The notes under the pieces are model-generated. The model ran no database searches, was not told the DNA's origin, and was given only the letters and a program-made list of their open reading frames with translations. 64,000 nucleotides of DNA from assembly GCA_001642005.1 (NCBI GenBank), contig LWCA01000043.1, positions 4,040 to 68,039 of the forward strand, written 5' to 3'. The DNA is from Intoshia linei. Taxonomy: Eukaryota; Animalia; Orthonectida. Position 1 is the first letter of the stretch, and the number at the start of each line of letters is the position of its first letter. Of the stretch, positions 26,901-38,400 are shown one piece after another. The translations under genes and the position numbers were made by a program.

Positions 26901-29900
26901 TTCGTGTTGAATTTGGTGAAATTGCTGCCAAACTCGATGACACACTGTGACATTGATTTCAAGATAAAATATGCAAAAAATAGGACGGAGGCAATAAATG
27001 AATATAGATATCTTTGGAACGGGTATCAATACGTAATTAATTGGTACACTAACTTTATCGACGTGTTCGATGCGATTCCAATTATCGCTTTATACATTGT
27101 ACAATGTACATATAATTATTAATAAAATTATATATACAGGTTGGAGGCCATGGAATGATTGGAGTAACTGTGATGTTGAATGTGGTTTTGGAGACAAATA
27201 TAAAGTGCGAAGTTGTGCATATGGGACTGATAAATGCATTGAAGTATACTTTAAATATCAGAGATGCTTTGTGGAATGTTTTCCACATATTAATTTTAAA
27301 TTACAGTATTATATTGTTATATATCATTATATATATTATAATTAGTATGTTATGGATAATTTTCCATATTAAGCATATATCATGGCAAATCTGCAATAAT
27401 ATAATGTTAATTACACACTAGCTAAAGTTACACACTATGTAATTAACTTAACTAATGTAACAACAATGATAAAGTTGTACATAGTGTCGAGTCTATTAAT
27501 GAGAAATCTTTACAAAATGTTAAATTTTGTACCTCCACTACAAACAACGTTCAGAGTGAAACAGTAAGGTTGTTATCGGGGAAAAAGAAAAACAAGGCTG
27601 CACACGCACTCAACAAAAATGGACCACAGGGACATAGAGAACAAGGTAACATAAAGATAAATGACATAGTTAACAACATTGGAGCTTACAACAATTCTGC
27701 TCAGTGATCAAAAATAAATGATTATAAAACTGAAAACCTTTCAAAGACGCTTGAAATAATAAAACATTTAGGTGAACTTAAAACCATCGACATTTTACAA
27801 TTCTTAACCTCTGACAGGCTCGAGCATTTGCATCAGCATGCTGGAGTTTATCAGTTGGATGAACATACACAAAAAATAAATACTAATGAAATTAGATTCA
27901 GATCTACCATCTATGCTGATAGAGCTAGTATTATTCAAAATATAATGGATACGAATGAGTTATTTACGGACTATTCGTCTCATCTAGTGTATTCGACCAT
28001 CTCTATCCAGGCACTTGCTGAGATGCGAACCGGAGACCTTAGCCACCAACTGAATATATGTAAACGCCTATCTCTCAACAGAAATAAAGTTACTGGGGAT
28101 GTTAAAGTTTTCAACACTTTGAGAGCAAATAATAATTGCTGCTCATTTGTTGGAAATATGTCAGCTGTCTTCATACAACGATTAAACCAGTTTTTCGTTA
28201 TGTTACAATACGACCGTTTCCTCAGATTTTGCACAATTCAAGAAAAGCACGTAAGCAATGGATCAGTTTGAAGAAAAAATTAGTAATTTGAATATAACCA
28301 TTGATGAATTAAAGGTGACGGGTGAGGTTAAAGTGGAGAATTATATAGTTATATAGTCTAAGGGATGACCCCTGAAATTTTCCAGAGAAGGTGTATTTAT
28401 AATTTTCATCAATTTGATTTTCATATTTATTCTATTCTATCTATGGATATTGAAATTTTAATTTGCAGAATCTAAAGTTTCTACAATTCGAGTTATGTAA
28501 AGATATTGAAATTTCGTACTATCCACGACGAACACGCCAATAATGGGAATTTAATTGCTCATGTAGCAAGGACCGTGTATAGACTAGTGTTTGTGAATAT
28601 TGATGACTATATGCTAACAATGGTAATACGTTAAAAGTAAATTTCGGAGAGGAAGAGAATAACGAGTAATAATGAAAAATCATCATTTTTATAAAATTAT
28701 AAGAACTTCAAACATCTATAAAATAATAAGTAAACGAGGTAGAATTAAATTTAAAGGTGCAAAGTAAACAACCAAACATGATGATCAACATCGTTGGTTT
28801 TTGCATATTCAATAAATTGTGTTAAAAATTATAGTAATATAAAGTTGATGTTAGATTTAATCCATTGCGAAGTATTTAATTGGCCATTTATCTGTGATTT
28901 AAAAGTAGTGTGAATATTAGCGGGCATTCAAGCCGGTAATGTCAAATTACCATGTTTTATAAGTAAATTTAAAGGCGTTATTATTCGCGCGAAAACCCGC
29001 ATTGGATGGATCCTACTAAAGAGCACTCATGTCCAAAAGTGCTAATGTGGTGCGAATTTTGGAGGAGTCATGTTTTGGACCCATTCTTTTTCAACAATAC
29101 AGTGACCGGCGAGGTGTACTTGAAAATGCTACAAAATGATCTCATGCCACAGATGGAGCGCATCGGTGAAAGAAAACCCCTTTGGTTTATGCCTCCACCT
29201 GTTAAAAATCAAATAAACGATTAACGAATTAAAATAAAAAGAATTTATTAAAAAATTATAAATAGATTAAATTTCAATTTATAATTTATTTACTATTAAT
29301 CTAATGGCTGCAAGTAAGACCATAGATTTTAACAAACTCACACATAGTGAGAATAGAGCTTTACATAAAGCAATGAATTATCTAATTGACTCTACAATTT
29401 CCAATGTAGAGAAGATTAGTACAATAACGGAATACAAAAATGAAGTTAATACAAACTTTTTCTTTACGGAGAAAGAATACAAAAATATTAAAATTGAAAA
29501 CATAAGCGGATTGCTACCCTAGAATTAAGAATATACCAAATCAAATAATTCAAATCTATTTAGTTTTCTTTCACTGCTACCATATGTATTTTTCCATTGT
29601 ATATTTAAATTGTAAGATAAAGCACGAAAAACTTCCGCTTGTTCTTCAACAGAATCCTCCACAATTTTCCAAAATCGGCTACTAACAGCCTTGCTTAAAT
29701 TTGGAGTACCAGTTCTAGTATACAAATCTGCCATATTGATAGGAACGTCTATAAATTAGATATATACCAAAGTTCAAGCCATTTGGGATCGAGAACAAAA
29801 ATGTTTCACAAATTATGTGCCAAATCATTTTAGATTATATGAATAATGGTTGTTGACTATACAATAATTTTTTTCAGTTTCGAACAAAAATTAATCACTT

Positions 29901-31689
29901 ACCATTGGTGATATTGTGAACTAGTCAGATATATACGAATAAAACTTACTAGATTCTTTCGTTTTTTTAAATTTGGGATCGTTTTTATCTGAGTTCATTA
30001 GTGAGCATTTCCGGAAAAATGATTCTTCATACTGTTGTATTTCAGAAATGGTATCCTGTTGGTTTCCTCGACCAGTTACTACTGCATAATAACCTAATGC
30101 TTTGAGAGGAACTAAATAAATAATAAATTTTACATTTTAACAGTTAAAAAAACAATCAAATGCAACATAATAGGATTCGAATAAGTAAGTTTACTGTGAT
30201 AAATATTGTTATATAAATTGTAGACCCATAAAATAAAATTAAAACGAGTTTTTTAATTTAAATCAAAAAAGGTGTCGTTAAAACTATAAATTTTTAAAAA
30301 TGGCGCAATCCATGACATTTTTTAATTTTCAACATAATAAACAAAAATAACGCACACTAAAATATTATAATTATATATTATAGTAATTAATAAAAAAATG
30401 GCGCAAATTAGAAATAATATAGACCAGGTAAATAACCAAAATAAATTGACATGGCTTTGTATAAAATATAAAAAATTACGCAAAGTCCCGTTGAGAATAC
30501 GAAAAATTCTTGTTCGATCAATCATTTGCCTCTCAGCTTCATCAACTTTGGTCAATACGCATATGGTTCTTTTACCTTGTGGGTCAGCTTGCATAACATG
30601 ATCTGTAGCATTAGTGCGTTCAGCATCTATTGAACCATCCTGAACATACAAAATGATTGCATTTGGATTAGAAAGGTATTTACGATAAATGGATTTAATC
30701 TGTTGAGGCGTATCTTTTGCAATATCCTGAGTGACAGTACTAATAACCCCTGGTAAGTCGACCAGTACCATTCTGTGCAACTCTGGACCACTCACACTGA
30801 GAGATACGGGATGTTGGCTAACAGTTTCGTTTTTTCCAATCAAATTGGTCATTTTAAGTTTAATGGTATTTCGGAGATCCTTGGTATCATTTTCGTTGGT
30901 TAAATCATATTCCCTGTCATCATCTGGAAATCGAGCAATATGGTATGGTCCTTCACTCAATGTCACTTGTACCGGGCATCTCGTCATCATTTCACCTCCC
31001 CCCCTAGGAAAAATTCTGGCTTGAGCCAACATTTCCAAGACACTAGTTTTACCTGAACTTTGATCTCCGGCTACGACGACCCTGGGCATACGGTCTAATA
31101 ACAATGTCATTGAGTTTTTATCGTTTGAATCATGGGTAGCATAAGATTTTGCATAATCATTTAATTCATCGAGTAATTCAGAGTACAAATCAATTAAAGG
31201 TTTCTTAAAACGTGTTTTAGTATTTTTTCTGTCTTTGTATCTCATTTTAGTGCGAAGTAATTCTTGTCGAGTTAAACTGTATTCATCCTTTAATTTCTCC
31301 GTTTCTTCTTTATATTTAAAATTTATTGTGGATATTTCAACCTTTAATCTTTTAATTTCATCGACAAGGTTATTTATATTTACACTTAATTTTTGGTCCG
31401 CGTCATTGTTGGAATAATCTTCCTGGTCTAATTCGGTAAAGTAAGATTTAATTGGAATTAATTTGTGTGACGTATAATCTTTAAAGTGTTTATATCGGTC
31501 CTGAGAACTATTATAAATGGACGAAATGTATTTTGAAGGTTTCTCAAGCCATGTAACGCCATCAATCTGGTTGTTGTACCATGCTTGTATATTTTCAAGC
31601 TTTTGTTTGATAACATAACCTGAACCAACTGCTGTTGCTGCAACGAGATTTCTGGTTCTCAATAATGCCCTTATAATTACACTTGCCAT
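23910..31689 (-). CDS. OPA1: Mitochondrial dynamin-like GTPase OPA1, multi-exon
   Basis: [13 protein letters not shown]1 [28 protein letters not shown]3 DLPG, G4 TKVD. Next exons [16 protein letters not shown] and [25 protein letters not shown]...QWKN. 4484-nt intron at 29536-25053; last exon 25052-23910 with [12 protein letters not shown] and [16 protein letters not shown]. Confidence 0.96.
25314..25968 (+). other. Unassigned intronless coding-like fragment (two overlapping ORFs, one frameshift) inside the OPA1 intron
   Basis: ORFs 25314-25607 and 25564-25968 with globular-looking composition; visibly C-rich/G-poor on this strand relative to flanks. Confidence 0.4.
27140..27345 (+). other. 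Isolated thrombospondin type-1 (TSP1) exon, antisense within the OPA1 intron
   Basis: Acceptor ATATACAG|G at 27139, then [26 protein letters not shown]...C...RCFVEC (WxxWxxCxxxCGxG...RxC signature). Confidence 0.75.
27456..28356 (+). pseudogene. Decayed intronless ORF of unknown (possibly viral or TE) origin in the OPA1 intron
   Basis: One frame is open from 27456 to 28271 apart from a single TGA at 27705. It continues after a frameshift as [20 protein letters not shown]. Higher GC than flanking intron; no recognised motif. Confidence 0.45.
28976..29191 (+). mobile_element. Tc1/mariner-superfamily transposase internal fragment
   Basis: [10 protein letters not shown]...[41 protein letters not shown]...LWFM matches the ENPH...KVxVWCG...IGPFFF..TVTG..YL.ML...WFQQDGA segment; truncated before the second Asp. 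Confidence 0.85.
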
Positions 31690-31839
31690 AATTTAAATTT
31701 TTAACATTGTAATTTCATTTACACAATAAACTATTTATATCAATTTAAAGTTTATTTATCACAATGGTAATTTTACCGCGCAAATTCCATTATGTTTTAC
31801 CTTTGAGTATTTTTTCAATCTAAGCTGACATTTTTAATT

Positions 31840-34800
31840 ATGATTGATTATGAACGTATAAAGGTAATATTTTCTTGGTTTTTGAGTAACATAATTTTAG
31901 GTTGCTATTAAAGATTGTTTAACTTATAATAATTTGGACGATGCCATTTTTCTATCGGAAAGATTACACGCTCAAAGTATTTTTTATTATTTAAAAAAGG
32001 AACCTATAAAAATGATTCAAACTTTTAATTTAATGACTAATAATTATTCTGGTATAGATTAAACCAGCTTTTCCAAACAGGGAGTATCGGGATATTTTAT
32101 TTTTTTAAATTGAAAAATAAAGTTTCTAAATTTTTTCAAATAAGCTAGATTATACTTTTATGTTCATGAATTTTCTTAAAATTTTTAATTTAAAATTTAA
32201 TTTACCTACTTTTTTGGGTGTAGTAAATGGGACGATAAACTTTTTTTGCCTTGAACTAAAAATTTTTTAATAAAAATGATAAAAATATATAAATATGTTA
32301 ACAAAATAAGATGGGTATATAGATGAAGTCCTATGAGAATGATTTTATTTGATATTTACACTAAAATTTTTTATTTTTTAATTTAGTTAAAAACCCTGAA
32401 ACCATATACCTTTTAGCGAAAAGTTTGTACAGATCGAGAAGTACACTACGCACTTATAATTTTTTGTGTAAATTCAGGAACAACCAATTATGCACTAAAT
32501 CTAGAATAATGTGTATTCAAGTTTGTTTTGATTTAAAAAAGTAATGCCATTTTGTAAAATTTTATATATATTTTTTGTCTTAGATACAGAGAAGCTCAAT
32601 TTTTTGCATTCAATACAATGGAATGTGATAGTATCAGTTTGGATGATTTATATGCCATATATGGAAAAGAAGTGTCATTTGTAGCTCGACTTTTAGGGAA
32701 AATATACGCGTTTGTTAATCATTTTTTTAAAATTTTAAGAGGCCCAAAGTTTTTTTACCATGGTGACCTTTATAATTTCTTATTAAATCTCTTCAATTGC
32801 AAATTTTTGTATATTTACAACTTTTTAAATTTCACATGATTTAGTAAAATCTTATGAGAAAAAATTTAATTTTACCAACCCTTAAGGAAAAAATCCCTCT
32901 ATCAGATAAATAGAGTCTATCTGATCCCAAAAGAAAAAACTTAATTTTACAACCCTAGAAAAATATTATTAAAAAGTGATCATTTACAAAAAACACTTTA
33001 CAAATTGACGTATACTCAGAAAAAACAAAAAAAACTTTAAAAACCCCATGCAGGTTGATTAATAAAAAATCCATGCTTGTTTAGAATAGTAGCTTTTAAT
33101 CTAATAATTTAATTTTTATCTTTTATTTAGAATATTTGGAGATTTAAAATCATCAATTATGTATCACGCTTTTTCATTATCCATGAATCAATACAATTTT
33201 TCAAGTTTTGATAATTTATTACAACACGGTATTTTGTTAAAATTAAAATAAATAGTAAATATTGTTTACATTTTTTTTAGGTATTGAACCAGGCTTGGAG
33301 ATATTTGACGATCAGACCATTTTAAACGAGGATTTGTTAATTTATTCAAAATATATGGTTACTAAAATTCTTTCCCAATTTGATGCAAATTCATTAATTT
33401 CCATAGATGAAAGTTTACCAGTAATTTTTTATATTTTTAAACTCATGATATTCTTAGGTTGTAAATATAATAAAAAGAAATCAAAATAAAAATCCTTTAT
33501 CTATATCTCAATCTGATAATGTCGAGTTTTGTTTACTGAGGTGAATTTTTATATTAAAATTTAGAATAGAAAAAGATTTAATATATTCCTTTAATACAGC
33601 CATGTCTGAAAAAAACCAAAATGCTTATACAAAGTGTTTTTCTTTTAATTGATAATTATTTTCCAATATAGGTCCCCTCAAGATTATGTTAAATCTGTTA
33701 AAACCATACCGAAAAAATTAAAAAAAAATGAATTTGAATTTTTACCTAATAGTACAAGTATGTAGTATTCTCATTTTACATGATTTTTATTTAGTGTCGT
33801 TTCTAAGTATAATGAAGTGTATAGCTGATGCTTTTTATGAATTTTATAGATATGATACTGAAAAATTTATCAAAAAAATTCAAAGATTAAACCCTAACCA
33901 ATTTAATACTCCATGGATCCAGGGCATAATCGGAACGTGTTATTATCATTCATCAGAATATGATAAGGTTAATTTATTCAATTTTTACTTATTAAATTTT
34001 AGTCAGTTGAAGCATTCAAGTATACTAGAGAATTGGAAGAATCTTATGTGTTATTTATGGATTATTATAGTCAGACTTTATGGCATGTTAAAGATTTAGC
34101 TAAACTGTCCTTATTATCTTCTTATTATTTGGCTAATTATAGACGAGCTTCAGAGGTAAAACTTTTACTTTTTTAGATTAAAAAAAATTAAATCTATAAT
34201 ATTAACAGACGTGGTGCATAATGGGTAATTTCATCAGTGTTTCAAAATCTGGTACAGAATCATTTAAATATTTTAAAAGAGCTATTGAGGTAATTTGTGG
34301 TTTATACATTTATTTAAATTTTAATAATTTTAGATAAATCCTGAATATTTTTTATCTTATGCTATATTGGGCTGTGAATATCTTAATAATAACAAGGATG
34401 AGATTGCCATCACCAATTTTTACGATTCCATTAGATGTAATCCTCGTCATTTTATTAGCTGGTAAGTTTTGAGGAATATTTTTGTACATTTATTTAGGTA
34501 CGGTTTATCGCATTTGTTTTACAGAAATGGCAATATATCTAGATCAAAATTTTATCTAGATATTGCTCTTTCAATTAACCCAAACAATATTGTTTTACAA
34601 TGTCAATACGGACTGGTTTTTTTAACAAGAAATAAATAATTTATTTTTAGCTCTTAAGTGATATGGGACATCTCTATGAATCATTGGATCATATGGATTT
34701 ATATATATCCAAGTACCCTAAACACCCTCTATGCCGTTTCCACAAAGCAATGATTTTGTTTAACAAATCAAAGTTTAAAGTATTTTTATTTAATATTTGT

Positions 34801-35257
34801 TTCCTCAAACTCAATTAGGAATCTATGGTGGAATTGCTTATTTTGCAAGATATGATTCCAGAGGAAGCCATGATTTATTTTATGATGGGAAGGGTAATTT
34901 TACAATTAATTATGCATGTGTAATTTCTTTAAGATTTATAAACGACAAGGGAAACATCATTTAGCAAGATTGAATTTTTCTCGAGCATTGGAAGAGCATT
35001 GTTCAAATGATGATAACTTAAAACGAAATGTTAACCCTTTTTTTAAATCTGTCGCTACATTTTCTTCTAACATGGAAGTTGAGCTGCGTAATTACTAATT
35101 ACATTATATTTTTTATGCATTAAAAATATATTGTTGAAATTTAGTTGATACAACTGATACCAATTTTTCTGAAGATATCATTACGTCTTTTACAGAAATT
35201 GAAAGTGAACTATCAAGTATTTTTGAAACTTCTGTCGATGATGATGATATTTTGTGA
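31840..35257 (+). CDS. CDC27: Anaphase-promoting complex subunit 3 / Cdc27 (TPR protein), multi-exon
   Basis: MIDYERIK|VAIKDCLTYNNLDDAIFLSERLHAQ; ETIYLLAKSLYRS; QFNTPWIQGIIGTCYY; MDYYSQTLWHV; NPRHFISWYGL; PKHPLCRFHKAMILF; PEEAMIYFMMGRIYKRQGKHHLARLNFSRAL; acidic tail, stop 35255-35257. Confidence 0.92.
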
Positions 35258-35468
35258 ATTGACTCAAATTTAATAAAATATATTTTATTATGTAATTATT
35301 AACTGATTGAATTTGAAACCAAATATTTTTTATTTTTGGTAATGGTTTGTTCCTTTAATCTCATATAGTAGTTTGTGTCTCATGTGCAATTAAAATTTTA
35401 TTTTTTTAATAGTTAATATTTTTATGGGATTATGCATTTGTTAGTAATTTATATTTCAACTTTCTTTT

Positions 35469-38400
35469 TTAGGTATTGCACGTTTTACAGCACACTTGTT
35501 TAACCGTTTGTTCATTACATTTATTGTTGGATTTTGCCTCTTGACATGTCATTTCTACGTCCACATTATTATGAAAAACTAACAGTTTTACACCCACTTT
35601 TTCAATGCAATCTAATATTTAATTATAATTTTGACAATTTTTTTCTATTATTTATTTTACCTATTTGACATTTTCCACATGTTTTCTTGCAATGTTTTAA
35701 CAAAAATACACTATATACGGGATTATTACATTCATTTATGTGTTTTTTGCATTCTTCCCCAACAATGTCTATACACGAACCTATATTTTGATTAGTTAGC
35801 AATTCACATAATAATTTTAATAATAATTAAATTTTGTAAGAATTCATTTTACTTATAGTTGTAGGTTTTAGAGTAGTCGTTGTTGTAGTCGTCGGTTTTG
35901 AAGTAGTTGACGTGATAGGGTTTGAAGTTGTTGTTGTTGGGTTTACAGTAGTTGTGGTCGTTGTAGGGCCAACGGTGGTTGAAACATCAGTCGTTTTCTG
36001 AGTTGTACTTATTGTGGTAGGATTTGAAGTTGTAGGTTTTACAGTAGAGGTTGTGGTCGTTATAGGTTTTACAGTAGTGGTTGTTGTAGTCGTTGGGGTC
36101 GTGGTAGGTTTTACAGTAGTCGTTGTTGTAGTCGTAGTTGTAGTTGTTGGATTTGCTGTAGTTGTAGTTGTTGGCTTTGCAGTAGTTGTGGTCGTTGTAG
36201 GGCCAACTGTGGTTGAAAAATCAGTCGTTTTCTGAGTTGTACCTATTGTAGTCGATGTGGTAGATACGACTATATTTATAAATATAAATATTTTGACTAA
36301 ACTATGAAGTGTATGAACTAGAACTCACACCCGGGGATTTCAAAAATTTTCAATTTTATAAATTTACTTAAAATTGATTTTTTTGTATTGGTACTAATTA
36401 TTCTGTCTTGTTTGTTTGTAACGGTTAATATATTGAAAATGTGAGATGTTACTAGTGATGAATCATGATGTACGGATTGTAATCAAATCATAACATTTTG
36501 AGCTTGTTAGGGTGGTAACAATTGGATAATATAGACTTATGTTAGATTCTAGTATGAATGGCGAACCCTAAGTTAAAGGTTGGTAAAATTAGGTTTTTCC
36601 TTTTCGGGTGAGATAGAGGGATTTTTGCTTTAAAATGTTGATAAAATGAGATTTATCAAAAAAATATTGGTAAAAGGGAATTCTTTCCTTAAAGGTTGAT
36701 AAAATTAAGTTTTTTCTTTTGGGATGAGATAGAGGGAATTTTTCTTTAAAATGTTGATAAAATAGGATTTTTTCCTTAAAGGTTGGTAAAAGTAGGTTTT
36801 TTCTTATAGGTTGAGATAGAGGGATTTTTAATCTAAAAGTTTGGTAAAATTGGATATTTTCCGTAAGGGTTAGTAAAATTTTTGTTTTTTCTCATAAGAT
36901 TTTACTAAATTGGATGATAGAATGAAATATCCAAAAAATTTATAATTCATTCCTTTGGATGACCAGTTACCCATATCAGAAGCACTAATCTAAACTGAAT
37001 TTTTTAAATTTGGTAATTTCTTCCAAATCTTATACAAGTTAATCCACTTGGGTAACAAATTTTTTTTAATATAATAATCTCATAATTATGCAAAAAATAA
37101 AAAATAATATTATTTATTAATAGAGCCGAACCAACGACACTTAAATTCGCACCCCAGTAGCACACAGAATAAATTTGGTAGCGATTTGAGTTTAATATGT
37201 AAAATTATTTGTTATAATAATGTTATTTATTTTTAAATTTTTTTATATAAAAAGTGGCCCACTGGAGTCAAAGGATTGCCGATCCTTTATATAGATTGAC
37301 TCAAAATAGTTATTAAAGTTTACTTGTAACTCATATTAATGTAATTTTATAAACTAAGAGATATGACCTCTTTCTTTTTTTATCGATGAAAATTACCTGG
37401 ACAAGTACTTTTACATTCCTTTTTCATAAATTCTGGTTGAGTTTCACACATTTTCATTTCATCTTTTAGTTTTAAGCAAATTTCATTGTATTCTGGTTCT
37501 ATACAATAATGTAGTACAATTAAATGGATTAGAATTATAAATTTATTACTTGGCTCAACAGTTGTTGTCGTACCTTGACACGTACCACACGTTTTTTTGC
37601 AAAATGATTTCAATATTTCTTGTCCGACTGTATTGCAATCTTTTTTATACCTGGGGCATTCTAGATAGTTATCTGCGCATTCTGAAAAAAATTATGCATA
37701 CAATGTTATAGTAATAAATTAAAATTAATAAAATCAAACCTGTTTCTCCACTTATCTATATTTAAAAATTAGTACATTATGATTTGAATCATAAAATTTT
37801 AAAATTCAATTACATTTTTACTGTATTTTTAAATATAAAAAGTTTGAATCGAAAAAAATACCAATTTTTCACTTGACATCAACCTGCGGAGAATGACATT
37901 TCCATATCCAACTTCTAAAGATGCGATATTGTGAAATATACATAATAATAAGATTAGACAGTTTTGATTCATATTAATTTTTTATTAACTGATTTGGGTT
38001 AAATTCATTGAAGCGAAAAATAGGTATCTTTATGAAATATTTAATTTAATTTATATTTAAAATAGCACGAATGACAACAAAATTTTAAAACTTTCACACT
38101 GATTTGACATAATTTTTCTTTTTTAATTTCAGTACAATTGAGAAATTTCATTTGACCCTTAAATTCTATTTCAATTTTGGTTTCCTTTTCTTCATAGCAT
38201 ACTAAATCTTTCATTATGTATTTATTTTTAAATTTTTACAATACTATTTGTAATTATGTTATTATAATAACTATACTTTTAATAAACCTACCCTGATTGC
38301 AGAAATTACACGTCTTTTTACAATGAATGAATAATAAGGATTTATAAATTGGATATTGACAATATTTAGATAATTTCTCGCAATTTTTTTTCAAATCTTT

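Noticed and set aside
30322-30479. Hydrophobic C-terminal tail of the 455-aa OPA1 ORF as a transmembrane anchor
   Set aside because: Read-through into intron 1; OPA1 homology resumes in the next exon ([14 protein letters not shown]).
36014-36235. Poly-valine plus-strand ORF
   Set aside because: Antisense shadow of the Thr-rich (ACN codon) mucin exon of the ShK gene.
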